From Methanobacteriota archaeon (GTDB lineage: Archaea; Halobacteriota; Bog-38; Methanoflorentales; Methanoflorentaceae), in the NCBI GenBank assembly GCA_963720465.1, contig OY970393.1, forward strand, positions 288,001 through 352,000: a DNA stretch of 64,000 nt. Direction: 5' to 3'. Made by a program: the position numbers and the translations under genes. Each line of letters starts with the position of its first letter. Position 1 is the stretch's first letter. Shown here in pieces: positions 19,452-29,316 of this stretch. The notes under the pieces are model-generated. The model did no database searches and was not told the origin of the DNA. It saw nothing but the letters and a program-made list of their open reading frames with translations.

Positions 19452-20288
19452 TTATGTCTGCGGAGGTCCGTGTTCTAAAAGCTCTTGTATTCGCTGTTCC
19501 GCTGGAACAGCTTGCTTCCAAAACATTTCGAAAGTTGAGACGAGATAGTCAGCATACACGGGATCGTCGGTGTACAGCATGCTGAGCGGCTCATCGAGTC
19601 TAAGATGTTGAATATCAACGTTGATCGCACTGATGCAGTGCTTTTTGTCAAAGACTCCGAAGAACGCCCCGCGGTAATCGGCAAAGTGGCGCACATCGGC
19701 ACCGATATCCAAAAGAGAGCGAATTATGTCGATGAGCCGATACGAGATATCGGCAATGCCGCGGATTTGCGCTCCGCGCTCCTTGAGTTCTTTTTTTGCC
19801 TCAATAATGCCAAACACTTCGCTAAATTCTACTCCTTCCCGATTTGACAGCCATAAGAACTCTTCTTTGGCTGAAAGGATGACAGGTATGGCTGTGCCGA
19901 TAACTTCCTTGATACTTTTGAGGATCTTAAACGTTGCGACGTCTTCGGAGGGTCGAAATCGTTGCTGCTTTGCTAGTTCCTGCAACTCCCGCGTTCGCGC
20001 CTGCATTTCGCGGAGCTCGCTTTCATGTTTCTTGAGCGCGGCCTGGAGCGCGGTGTCGAGGTCCACCGCGGCGTACATTGTAGGTGAATCGAGGGAGGGG
20101 CGCACCATGCCTTTTTCAATCAAGCTTGTAAGCGTACGGTGCACGTCTTCTCGGTAGGTCTTCAGGGATTTCGCGAGAGGCGACGGGGTTTTTGGTCCGT
20201 ACTTGAGCAAGTGAAGGTAGAGCTGTGCCTCCTTTTCGCTGAGCCCGAAGTCTATAAGACGAGTAATGAAGTCGTCGTCGTCACCCAT
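19452..20288 (-). CDS. TrmB-family regulator (wHTH + effector domain)
   Basis: GLSEKEAQLYLHLLKYGPKTPSPLAKSLKTYREDVHRTL. Confidence 0.9.
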   Translation of the reverse strand: MGDDDDFITRLIDFGLSEKEAQLYLHLLKYGPKTPSPLAKSLKTYREDVHRTLTSLIEKGMVRPSLDSPTMYAAVDLDTALQAALKKHESELREMQARTRELQELAKQQRFRPSEDVATFKILKSIKEVIGTAIPVILSAKEEFLWLSNREGVEFSEVFGIIEAKKELKERGAQIRGIADISYRLIDIIRSLLDIGADVRHFADYRGAFFGVFDKKHCISAINVDIQHLRLDEPLSMLYTDDPVYADYLVSTFEMFWKQAVPAEQRIQELLEHGPPQT

Positions 20289-20394
20289 AATCACAGTAAT
20301 TGGACGGCAGCCAGTAGAAAGCGTTACTATCTATAGCTCAGATCAAGAAGCGCCCTAGCGGCAACTGCCGGTTAAACAAACGAAAGAGTGCGTT

Positions 20395-20859
20395 CTACAG
20401 TTCTCGGATCCGCTTTTCTGCATCGACTCCTTCGCTCCATGCGGTCTCAAACGTGGCGATGAGGAATTCAGTGTAGGATTGGTCATTGGTCCAGAATGCA
20501 ACTAGCGGATCGTCAAGCGAGACATCCACGCTATTCACGTTGATCGAACTGATGCTCTCTTTCTTGTCTACGACAAGCATGAACGCTCCCTGGTACTGAT
20601 CGATGTGGCGTAATTCTTCGCCGTTGTCCACGAGTTTGCGCGCCACATCAAGGGAGCTTCCTGAAATCTTGGTGATCCCCCGTACGCGTCCGCCGTTTTC
20701 TATCAGCATTTTGGTCTTGTTTGGTATGCCGAATTGAAAGGATAAGGCCAGTATGGCAGGTTCGAGAAGCCACATGACTTCCTTTTCCGCGGATTCTACG
20801 ATATTTGATCCTGCGGCTAAGGCGTCCTTGACACTTTCAATAATGATCCCTTTGGCCAT
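20395..20859 (-). CDS. HTH-less TrmB effector-domain-only protein
   Basis: MAKGIIIESVKDA...ESAEKEVMWL...VSLDDPLVAFWT. Confidence 0.82.
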   Translation of the reverse strand: MAKGIIIESVKDALAAGSNIVESAEKEVMWLLEPAILALSFQFGIPNKTKMLIENGGRVRGITKISGSSLDVARKLVDNGEELRHIDQYQGAFMLVVDKKESISSINVNSVDVSLDDPLVAFWTNDQSYTEFLIATFETAWSEGVDAEKRIREL

Positions 20860-20996
20860 TATTATCAGATAACGTCCTCGAGCTGATAAAGCTGTGCCTC
20901 CTAGCACGTCGTGAGGGTTCTCGTCGCTTGGATGCGCCTGTGCTGTTTGTACCAAACTGAAACGTCTCAATTCGAGGTTGGAACGGACTCTAATGA

Positions 20997-22241
20997 CTAG
21001 TGCTCTTCCCGCAGCAGCTCGTTTATGCGCTGTTCTGCGCCAGACGCCTGCTCCCAAGCCATCTCGAACGCGCTCATAAGGAATTCCGCTTGCGCAACGC
21101 CATCGCTCCATAGCGCCTCAACATTTTCGTCGAGCGAAAGGGTGGCCTTAAGAGCGGCGTGAATGAGGCTTATGCTTCGCTTGCCATCGGCCACGGCCAA
21201 CGTCATCCCGCGGTATTGGTTTGTATGCCGCAGTTCAATGCCACCATCCAGGTACGCGCGTCCAGCAGAAAGGTTCTGAAGCGAGATATCGAGCACGCTG
21301 CGGACACGCACGTCGCGGCCCACCGCACATTTAAGATGATCGAGGAACCCCCCCATCGTGATGAGGTTGAATCGGGGATGGGCGACGAATACAAGAGACG
21401 TCTCTGCCGAGTTGATGAGCTGTGAGATGGCAGCAACAAGTTCGCCGACGGTTTTCAGCATCTTGAACGCGTGGGCGTCGTCTGCTCCGCGGCTCAGCGC
21501 GCCTTTTGCGTCCCCCGCAAGCTCGTTCTTGACCCTCTGCAACCGATGCAGCTCGCACAGCCGGGACGTGAGCGCGCCGTCGAGTGCGTCTACAAGGTCT
21601 ATAGGCGCGTAGCACGATGAATCCTCCTTGCTTTTCACGATTACACCTGCGTCAATCAATCTCGCGCAACGGCGATAAGCGTCCTCGCGGTACGTCTCGA
21701 GGGATCGCGCGAGGTCTCCAGCACGCTTCGGTCCGTACTTGAGTAAATGCACGTAGAGCTGTGCCTCCTTCTCACCAAGCCCGAGCTCAGTCAGTAGTTC
21801 CGTGAGCCCTTGCTCATTATCGAGAGCGAGAGCTTTAGATGGGGGGGTTTCATCTGCGGTACGTAATTGCGTGCTATTCGCGAGTACGATGAGCTCCCGC
21901 TTTATCGCCTCCATCCGACGAAGTTCGCGTTGGCGCGGAAGCAGCACGGCGTCGAGAGCATCTTCTAAATCGATCGCTGTATAGACAGCCGGGCTCTCTT
22001 TCTTTGCGGTCACAATGGTCTTATCGGCGAGGCTTGCAAGTATTCGATAAACCTGAAGGCGATACGTCTTGAGGGATCGCGCGAGGTCTCCAGCACGCTT
22101 CGGTCCGTACTTGAGTAAATGCACGTAGAGCTGTGCCTCCTTCTCACCAAGCCCGAGCTCACTCAGTAGTTTTGCGCACGGTTCTGCATCGATGCCACAT
22201 GCCCCGTTACTCGTGCGGTAACTCGCTATCTCGCCATACAT
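20997..22241 (-). CDS. TrmB-family regulator with two tandem wHTH domains + effector domain
   Basis: ELGLGEKEAQLYVHLLKYGPKRAGDLARSL occurs twice; RBS GGAGG before MYGE. Confidence 0.85.
   Translation of the reverse strand: MYGEIASYRTSNGACGIDAEPCAKLLSELGLGEKEAQLYVHLLKYGPKRAGDLARSLKTYRLQVYRILASLADKTIVTAKKESPAVYTAIDLEDALDAVLLPRQRELRRMEAIKRELIVLANSTQLRTADETPPSKALALDNEQGLTELLTELGLGEKEAQLYVHLLKYGPKRAGDLARSLETYREDAYRRCARLIDAGVIVKSKEDSSCYAPIDLVDALDGALTSRLCELHRLQRVKNELAGDAKGALSRGADDAHAFKMLKTVGELVAAISQLINSAETSLVFVAHPRFNLITMGGFLDHLKCAVGRDVRVRSVLDISLQNLSAGRAYLDGGIELRHTNQYRGMTLAVADGKRSISLIHAALKATLSLDENVEALWSDGVAQAEFLMSAFEMAWEQASGAEQRINELLREEH
21699..21789. repeat. 91-bp exact direct repeat, copy 1 (copy 2 at 22071-22161)
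   Basis: gagggatcgc...cccgagctca identical in both HTH-coding segments. Confidence 0.9.
22071..22161. repeat. 91-bp exact direct repeat, copy 2
   Basis: Identical to 21699-21789. Confidence 0.9.
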
Positions 22242-22473
22242 TGTGCTCCTCCCGCAAAATGTTCGCCACTTTTTTTTCACGCGCCTCTGCAGCGACGCCA
22301 GTGCCGGGCCATGTACATATGCGCGGCGCGTCGGTGCTGCTAACACCCTGATGCAGCACGTAATTTACTGCGTTTGTTAGGCGTTCTGCGCACGTGTCGC
22401 AGTTGGGGTCGCACGCGGCGTTGAGGCAGCCAAAGTGGACGCCGTAATAGCACCCCAACTTCTTCGTGACCAT
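22207..22473 (-). CDS. Small Cys-rich protein, paralog of 12479-12721
   Basis: CYYG..FGC.NA....C.TCA.RLT.AV; GAGG RBS and TTATA box upstream. Confidence 0.68.
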   Translation of the reverse strand: MVTKKLGCYYGVHFGCLNAACDPNCDTCAERLTNAVNYVLHQGVSSTDAPRICTWPGTGVAAEAREKKVANILREEHNVWRDSELPHE

Positions 22474-22693
22474 GCGTGTTGCCTCCTACTCGATCCTACG
22501 CGAAAAAGCGGTATAAGGCCGCGTGAACACATTTGTGTGTCACACGTAGGTGGAGGCGGCAAAAGCGCGAGCACATTGCCGGCGCTTCTGTCACACGCGC
22601 AAAAAAAAAAATAATGTTCGATTACCGATGCGTGAGCCTGTAACGTTCGTGCACGCCTTTCCTCGTCGCGCGTGTTTAGAGGCGACGCGTCGA

Positions 22694-23680
22694 TTACCGC
22701 TGAAACGCGTAGTGCGCCAGGTTTGCCACCGCAAATGCCGGGAACACCTTTGAAAGGGTTTTGCCGTACTGTTGTGAGAGCAAGCTGCACTCAAGCCTCA
22801 CTTTTGAAGCGGCTTTAGCTATCAGAAATTCCCCGAGGCCCGCGCCCACGACCGCGTTCAAGTCGTATTTGCGTGCTTGAAAAGCGAGGGCCTGGGCAAG
22901 CTCATCGACTTGAGCACTCTCTACTTGTCGGGCAACGTCGTGCGCGTTCTTGTGGCCAAGTTCATCCACGTCACAAAGCAGGATCCTTGCGATTCTTCGA
23001 TAACAGTGCTCCAGATCACGCGGTTCACCATCCGGCGTGTCGCATGCGTACTCCTCGGCGCTAATGTTACCGAGAACTCGATGGACGTCGCCGGCAATCG
23101 CGAACAGTTCGGAAGCCAGCCGATACTTCTCTCCATTGACGGTTGCGAGCCGCAAGATGGTCGCGATATTCGTTCTGAGCGCTCCTGCGTAGATGAGTTC
23201 TCGTTCGCGTAACCGTTCAAAGTCCGTTGTCGATGCCGCGGGTTTTCCGTCCCGTATGGGAATCACGTCGCACGTCGTGCTCCCGAGGTCTACGAATATG
23301 CAGTCGCTGACACGCTGCGAAACAAACGTGGCTGAAGCCGCCCAGTTTGACGCGGCGTACAAGGAGGCCTCGCTCTCAGCGATCTGCCGTGTAAACTGGC
23401 CGCGAACGTTCAGGTAGTAGGGCCTAGCGAAAACTGAGTCGACTGATGACGCGATCGAGCAGATCCCTTTCTTCTTACTCGCAAACGCGTCAGCGAGCTC
23501 GCCTGTGATCACCACGCCGACGCGTTTAGGCTGAAACTCATCCCTTATGCGTCGCAACTCGCCGGAGAGGTCGTTTTCCCGCCACAGTGGCAGGTACAGG
23601 CTTTTCGCCTGCCCGCTGGCGGAGGCAACTTTTGTATTTGCTCCTCCGATGTCGATTCCAATCGTATCGTTTAGGGCCAT
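22694..23680 (-). CDS. mfnF: Hydantoinase/oxoprolinase-family protein, MfnF-like
   Basis: GIDIGGANTK, ITGELADAF, ASNWAAS, DLGSTTCDVIP, CDTPDG. Confidence 0.85.
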   Translation of the reverse strand: MALNDTIGIDIGGANTKVASASGQAKSLYLPLWRENDLSGELRRIRDEFQPKRVGVVITGELADAFASKKKGICSIASSVDSVFARPYYLNVRGQFTRQIAESEASLYAASNWAASATFVSQRVSDCIFVDLGSTTCDVIPIRDGKPAASTTDFERLRERELIYAGALRTNIATILRLATVNGEKYRLASELFAIAGDVHRVLGNISAEEYACDTPDGEPRDLEHCYRRIARILLCDVDELGHKNAHDVARQVESAQVDELAQALAFQARKYDLNAVVGAGLGEFLIAKAASKVRLECSLLSQQYGKTLSKVFPAFAVANLAHYAFQR

Positions 23681-23688
23681 TTGGGTGT

Positions 23689-24573
23689 TTAAACAGGACT
23701 AACAGTTCTGCAGTCGGTTCGGAAGGTGTGTGTGCCGTGAGGTTTCAGACACGTTGGTAATTGTTGCCCGAATCGCGCTTTGAAAATCAAATCGGCAACG
23801 TTCCCTATCACCTTGTCGACACTAACGATGGCCGTCGTCGGACGCGGATTCACGTCAACGATGTTAACGACGCCGTCGGGTTGAAGCACAATGTCGACGC
23901 CGACGTACCCTTCGCACCCCAGCAGCTGTGCGGCTTTTACCGCTTGATTGGTGACGCGGTTGGCGTTAGGAACTGCGTACGGCGTCGTGTTTCCGACGTA
24001 ATGAATCGCATCATCTATGCGAAGGTGCTGCTTGTTGATCGAAAGCGGAAGCGCGGTTCTGCCAATGACGAGGCTTACGCTTATGTGGTCCCCTGTCACG
24101 AACTTTGAAACAATCGTGTTCTCGTCTATGCAGTTAGCATCTAACGTTTCGACGACCCTCACCTCTTCCGCTCCGCAGCCGTAGCGTGGCTTCAGAACGT
24201 AAGGGCCTGTTGAAGGGTTTATTTCGGGAACGGTCAGCGATCCTTCCGAAAGCGCGAGAGACGCGCTGAGCTTGTCCGCCGCTCTCCTTACCCCCTCCGA
24301 GGGACAGCCGAGATTCGTGGTGTGCTGTTCCACGAGCGCTGTGAAATCGTACAAGATGCTGTCAGGTGCTATGATCATGCCTGCGTCGCAGGATCGTGCT
24401 AGCTGTTGTACCTGGCTGTAAAAAGCGTCAACGTTGCCGGTGCGAACGTGCGGCACGTGCACGACGTGTCCCGTGCGTTCAAAGCCTCCTTTCAGCGTGT
24501 CGAGCATGGCTCGCCCCTCTTTAGCGAGATTAGGCAGCATTACGCTTGCGTATTCGGCGAGGAGTATGTCCAC
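23689..24573 (-). CDS. mfnD: ATP-grasp enzyme, tyramine-L-glutamate ligase-like
   Basis: EGRAML..L, KPRYGCG, GYVGVD, DVNPRPTT; adjacent to the mfnF-like gene. Confidence 0.82.
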   Translation of the reverse strand: MDILLAEYASVMLPNLAKEGRAMLDTLKGGFERTGHVVHVPHVRTGNVDAFYSQVQQLARSCDAGMIIAPDSILYDFTALVEQHTTNLGCPSEGVRRAADKLSASLALSEGSLTVPEINPSTGPYVLKPRYGCGAEEVRVVETLDANCIDENTIVSKFVTGDHISVSLVIGRTALPLSINKQHLRIDDAIHYVGNTTPYAVPNANRVTNQAVKAAQLLGCEGYVGVDIVLQPDGVVNIVDVNPRPTTAIVSVDKVIGNVADLIFKARFGQQLPTCLKPHGTHTFRTDCRTVSPV

Positions 24574-24588
24574 AGAGCCTCCTTGGAT

Positions 24589-25365
24589 TCACTGCAGCGC
24601 GCGATCGGTCAGGATCGCGTGAGCTGATGAAACGAGCTCTCGGAATGTCGCTTCGCTCGGTATGACGTCTACACACACGTCGAAACTGCCGAGTGCGTCT
24701 GCTGTCGGCTTTCCGATGGCGCCAACAACCAGATTCGCAAGTCTCTCGATGAGGTGTCCTCTTACGCCGACTTGGTCGGCGCAGTCAAACAGTGCGCGCA
24801 CCGTCATGGAGCTCGTAAAGAGAACGCCGGCGACGTCGCTTTCTACAAGCTCGCGGATGAAGTCACGCTGCTGCCGGCCACAGAGCAGTTTCAGCGTGTA
24901 CAGCACGATCTCGTTTACTGTGGCACCGCTGTTCTTGAGCCCCTCGGTTAGCTCGGAGCTGCCAAAGGCGCTGCGCAAGACCCATATGTTCTTGCGCTCA
25001 ACATCGCGCAGCATTTGGACGATGCCGTGTGAGCTATACTCTGACGGCATCATGTCGACGCGGAGATGCGCTTTGAGCATCGCGCTCCTCGTCTTGGGAC
25101 CTATGACCACCACTCGCGTCCAAGATGGAAAGCTTGCTGCATTCAATCTGAGTTCCGCGCAGCTGCGCGCGCCGTTCGCGCTCGTAATCACGACGTAGTC
25201 GATGCGGCCCGTTTTGAGCTCGTCCAAGAACATAGGCCAGAGTAAGTCTCGTATCGGCACGATGTCGACCAGTGCGGTCGCGAGCACGCCGTACCCGAAG
25301 GATTCGACAACTTTTTTCGAATCCTCCAGTTGCTTGTCAGGTCGAATGATTGCTAGTGTCTTCAT
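24589..25365 (-). CDS. hemD: Uroporphyrinogen-III synthase
   Basis: IRP, TSANG, IGPKT, FTSS, AIGKPTA; hem cluster. Confidence 0.92.
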   Translation of the reverse strand: MKTLAIIRPDKQLEDSKKVVESFGYGVLATALVDIVPIRDLLWPMFLDELKTGRIDYVVITSANGARSCAELRLNAASFPSWTRVVVIGPKTRSAMLKAHLRVDMMPSEYSSHGIVQMLRDVERKNIWVLRSAFGSSELTEGLKNSGATVNEIVLYTLKLLCGRQQRDFIRELVESDVAGVLFTSSMTVRALFDCADQVGVRGHLIERLANLVVGAIGKPTADALGSFDVCVDVIPSEATFRELVSSAHAILTDRALQ

Positions 25366-26113
25366 CGAATGGCTGTAGGATGCGTTTGAGTTTGACTACG
25401 TCGCCGATTATAAGCACTGCCGGGGCTTTCAGATCGGCATCTTTGGCCTTGCGTGCGATGTCGCTAAGAGTGCCGACGACAACTTTCTGCTGTGGCGTCG
25501 TTCCCTGTGCTATGATCGCCGCAGGCGTTTGCGCGTCCTTTCCACACGCGACCAGGTTCGCGACGTTTTCTGCGAGCGTGCCCACGCCCATTAGCACGAC
25601 GAGGGTACCATCAAGCTGTGCGAGAACTTCCCACTGCAGCTGGTTGCCCCCCGCTTCGTGACCTGTAATAATGGTGACGCTTGAGGCGTAATCTCGGTGC
25701 GTGACCGGTATGCCGGCATACGCGGGAACGGCGACCGCTGATGAGATGCCGGGCACGACCTCCACGTCGACTCCGTGCGTCATGAGCTCTTCTGCCTCTT
25801 CGCCTCCCCGACCGAACACGAAAGGATCACCTCCTTTGAGCCGCACGACTTTCTTGCCCTGACGAGCGTAGCTGACAAGCAGCGCGTTTATCTTATGCTG
25901 CGGCACCTTGTGGCGGTCCGGATCCTTTCCCACATCTAGGAGCTCCGTCTCGTGGGGAACGAGCGCGATGATGCGTTCGTCGACGAGTTTGTCGTACAAC
26001 ACCACGTCGGCGTCTTTAATCACGTGCTCTGCTTTTCGTGTCAGCAGGCCCGGATCACCCGGTCCCGCGCCTACCAGAAAGACCTTTCCTCTACTGTTGG
26101 GTGTCGGGTTCAC
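25337..26113 (-). CDS. cobA: Uroporphyrinogen-III C-methyltransferase
   Basis: LVGAGPGDPGLLT, RLKGGDPFVFGRGGEE, VPGISS. Confidence 0.96.
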   Translation of the reverse strand: MNPTPNSRGKVFLVGAGPGDPGLLTRKAEHVIKDADVVLYDKLVDERIIALVPHETELLDVGKDPDRHKVPQHKINALLVSYARQGKKVVRLKGGDPFVFGRGGEEAEELMTHGVDVEVVPGISSAVAVPAYAGIPVTHRDYASSVTIITGHEAGGNQLQWEVLAQLDGTLVVLMGVGTLAENVANLVACGKDAQTPAAIIAQGTTPQQKVVVGTLSDIARKAKDADLKAPAVLIIGDVVKLKRILQPFDEDTSNHST

Positions 26114-26120
26114 GTATCGG

Positions 26121-27020
26121 CTAAGCGCTGAAGCCCGTTCCGACGGCTTCTGCGATTAACGCCTCACCTCCACTTTCCTTTATTCGGAGTGCGAATGCTC
26201 GTGAACCGCGGTCGCAGTTCTCTACAAGGATGTGATCGGCGAGGCGGACCGTCCGTTGTCCGTCAAGGGAGAGCACCTCGGCGGTAACGCTGACCAAGTC
26301 GCCTTGGAGTTGTGCGAAGACGCCGAGTGGGACTAAACATCCGCCGCCCAGAGTCTCCATGATGGTGCGCTCGACCATCGCTTCGACGAGCGTCGCTCGG
26401 TCATTGAGTGTGGCAACGGCATCGTCCTCTCGGAGCTCCTCGCTCGCCATTACGACGATTATTCCTTGATTCGGTGAGGGAACGAACGGCAAGCGCTTCT
26501 GGTTGATGCGGATGCCCAAGCGCTCAAGCCCTGCTTCGGCCAGAACGATCGCGTTAAACTCGCTCGCTCTTAGTTTTCGCATTCGTGTGTCAACGTTGCC
26601 TCGAATTTGTCTTCGAACATACTGCGGAAAGTAGCGCGCCAATTGCGCGTGCCGTCTCAAGCTTGAGGTGCCTATGACGGCTCCGTCACGCAGCGGACGT
26701 TCAAATATAAGAACGTCATAGGGTGCAGAACGCGGCAGCACGGCGCACACGCCTATCTGCTGCGGCCGTTTCGTTGGCACGTCCTTCATACTGTGCACGG
26801 CGATGTCGATGTCGCCAGTGAGCATACGGTCGTCTATCTCGCGCACAAACGCTCCGATTCCGGCATCGCGGAAGGGCTTGTCGGTGAAACTGTCGCCGCT
26901 CGTTTTTACGATGACAAGCTTGCTTTCTACACCGTTCTTTGCCAGCAAGCTCTTAACGGTCTCTGCTTGAATCAACGCGAGTTTGCTGCCTCGAGTGCCG
27001 ATACGCAGTATGTTGATCAC
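26121..27020 (-). CDS. hemC: Hydroxymethylbilane synthase
   Basis: IGTRGSKLAL, AVHSMKDVPT, GTSSLRR, LGGGC..P. Confidence 0.96.
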   Translation of the reverse strand: MINILRIGTRGSKLALIQAETVKSLLAKNGVESKLVIVKTSGDSFTDKPFRDAGIGAFVREIDDRMLTGDIDIAVHSMKDVPTKRPQQIGVCAVLPRSAPYDVLIFERPLRDGAVIGTSSLRRHAQLARYFPQYVRRQIRGNVDTRMRKLRASEFNAIVLAEAGLERLGIRINQKRLPFVPSPNQGIIVVMASEELREDDAVATLNDRATLVEAMVERTIMETLGGGCLVPLGVFAQLQGDLVSVTAEVLSLDGQRTVRLADHILVENCDRGSRAFALRIKESGGEALIAEAVGTGFSA

Positions 27021-27055
27021 TCTCTATTCGTTGTTCGCAGTCGCCACTAAAAATA

Positions 27056-28344
27056 CTAATAACCTGGGGTGTCGATGTCAAGGCTATAAAGCCGTTCCAA
27101 CGCGTTTGCGCACGCACGGATGGTGTATTCCAGATCTTCGTTTGAGTGTGCCAGTGAGATAAAGTTGGTCTCATATTGTGACGGAGCCAAGAAGATTCCC
27201 TCGTCGCGCATAAACGCGCTGAATTTCTTGTACAGGGCTGCGTCGCAGGTCAGCGCGTCTTGGTAGTTCCTGACCGGTTTTTCAGTGAAAAAGACTTGGA
27301 ACATCGTTCCTACCCCCTGCACCGAGATGTGGACATCGAGCTCTTCGAGGAGGTCGACAAGCATCCGTCTGAGGAGGTCTCCTAAGCCGTTGACGCGTCG
27401 ATAGCCCTCCTCGTTCAAAACGCTGAGCGTCGCTAGGCCGGCGGCGAGTGAAACGGGATGGCCGCTGAACGTCCCCGCGTTGAATACGCCTCCCGACGGG
27501 GCGACACACTCCATAATTTCCCTTGTGCCGCCAAAAACCCCTATCGGAAATCCTCCGCCGACGATTTTTCCGAGGGTAGTGAGATCAGGAGTGACCCCGT
27601 AGAGGCACTGTGCCCCGCCGATGCACAGCCGGAAGCCAGTAATCACCTCGTCAAATATCAGCAGCGTCTCATTCTCTTCGGTGACTTTTCGCACGTCGGA
27701 CAAATAGCCCTCTTCGGGCACTACCGGTCCTATATTGCCCATAACCGGTTCAATAATAAGACAGGCCGCGTCATTTTTTTCCAAAGTGCCCGAAAGGGCT
27801 TCAACGTCGTTGAACGGCACTTGTACGGTGTGTTTCACCGCTGCGGCGGGTACCCCCAACGAGCTCGGAGCCGAGATCGCGACCGATCCTGGCTTTACAA
27901 GTACCGCATCGTGCGCGCCGTGGTACCCCCCTCAACCTTCACGATGGTATCCTCTCCGGTAAACCCACGGGCGGCGCGAATCGCGCTCATCGTGGCCTCC
28001 GTCCCCGTCGACACGAATCGAAGCATCTCCATTGACGGAAAGTCCACTTGAATGCGCTCCGCTAGGTCAATCTCGGCCTTGACGGGGGTGCCATAATCCC
28101 ACCCCAACTTCAGTTGTTCGGCGACCGCCGCGTAGACCGCCGGGTGAGCGTGGCCAAGGATGAGCGGTCCATAGCCCATGCAGTAATCAATGTACAGGTT
28201 GCCGTCGGCGTCCCATATCCGAGAATCGCTCGCCTTCTGGACGTAAAACGGGTAGGGGTCAATCGCCCTCACCGGACTTGAAACGCCGCCCGGCATCAAC
28301 TTTCGGGCTTTTTCATACAGCTTCGCAGACTCGTCTGTTCGCAT
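27056..28344 (-). CDS. hemL: Glutamate-1-semialdehyde 2,1-aminomutase (apparent 1-nt frameshift at 27926-27931)
   Basis: [34 protein letters not shown]; one more G in the G6 run restores EGGYHGAHD. Confidence 0.93.
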
Positions 28345-28355
28345 CGGTACCCTCC

Positions 28356-29315
28356 TCACTGTGAGGCTAGTCTCTTTGCCGCCTCTTTGGCAAAATACGT
28401 TACGATCATATCGGCTCCGGCGCGCTTTATCGAAAGGAGCGTCTCGTAGACAGCGTCATCCGTCAAATGGCCGTTGTCGATCGCCGATCGCAACATGGCG
28501 TATTCCCCGCTGACGCTGTACGCTGCGACCGGGACGCCGAAGGTTTGCTTAATCCGGTAGATGATATCAAGATAGGGCAGCGCTGGTTTGATCATAATGA
28601 TATCGGCACCCTCTTCTAAGTCCAAACGCACCTCACGCACCGCTTCGTCGGTGTTGGCAGGATCCATTTGATGAGCTGAGCGATCACCGAACGCGCATCC
28701 CGAATCCACCGCGTCCCGGAACGGCGCATAGAAGCTCGAACAGTATTTTACGGCGTACGGCATGAGGGTGACCCCGTCGAACCCTTCTTCGTCCAGCTTC
28801 GTTCGTATCGCGCCGACCATGCCGTCGATCATGCCCGATGGTGCGACGATGTCGACCCCCGCGCGCGCGTACGATGCCGCGACCCTCTGGAGCATCTCCA
28901 AGGTCGGCCCAGTGCGGATCGTGCCCGCGTCATCGACGATGCCGCAGTGTCCGTGGCTCGTGTACTCACACAGGCAAGTGTCGGCGATAATCGTGGCTTT
29001 TGACACGTCCGCCTTTATCGCGCGTATGGTATTTTGTACGATGCCGCTGAGCGCGGAGCTCCCGGTGTGGTTCTTGTGGCGTGGCACCCCGAACACGATT
29101 ATGGCGGGAATGCCCAGCTCGGTGACCTCCTCGGCTTCGAGCATAGCGGTTTCAACGGTGTGACGAGAGAACCCGGGCAGGGAGGGAATCGGGACCGGCG
29201 CTCGCAGGTTCTCGTCGACAAACAGCGGGCATATCAAATCGTGCGCGTGCAGTGACGTCTCTCGAACCAACGTGCTGATGCCCTTTTTTCGCAGTCGAGC
29301 GGGTCGACCGGCCAC
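28356..29315 (-). CDS. hemB: Porphobilinogen synthase
   Basis: [38 protein letters not shown]. Confidence 0.96.
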   Translation of the reverse strand: MAGRPARLRKKGISTLVRETSLHAHDLICPLFVDENLRAPVPIPSLPGFSRHTVETAMLEAEEVTELGIPAIIVFGVPRHKNHTGSSALSGIVQNTIRAIKADVSKATIIADTCLCEYTSHGHCGIVDDAGTIRTGPTLEMLQRVAASYARAGVDIVAPSGMIDGMVGAIRTKLDEEGFDGVTLMPYAVKYCSSFYAPFRDAVDSGCAFGDRSAHQMDPANTDEAVREVRLDLEEGADIIMIKPALPYLDIIYRIKQTFGVPVAAYSVSGEYAMLRSAIDNGHLTDDAVYETLLSIKRAGADMIVTYFAKEAAKRLASQ

Positions 29316-29316
29316 G

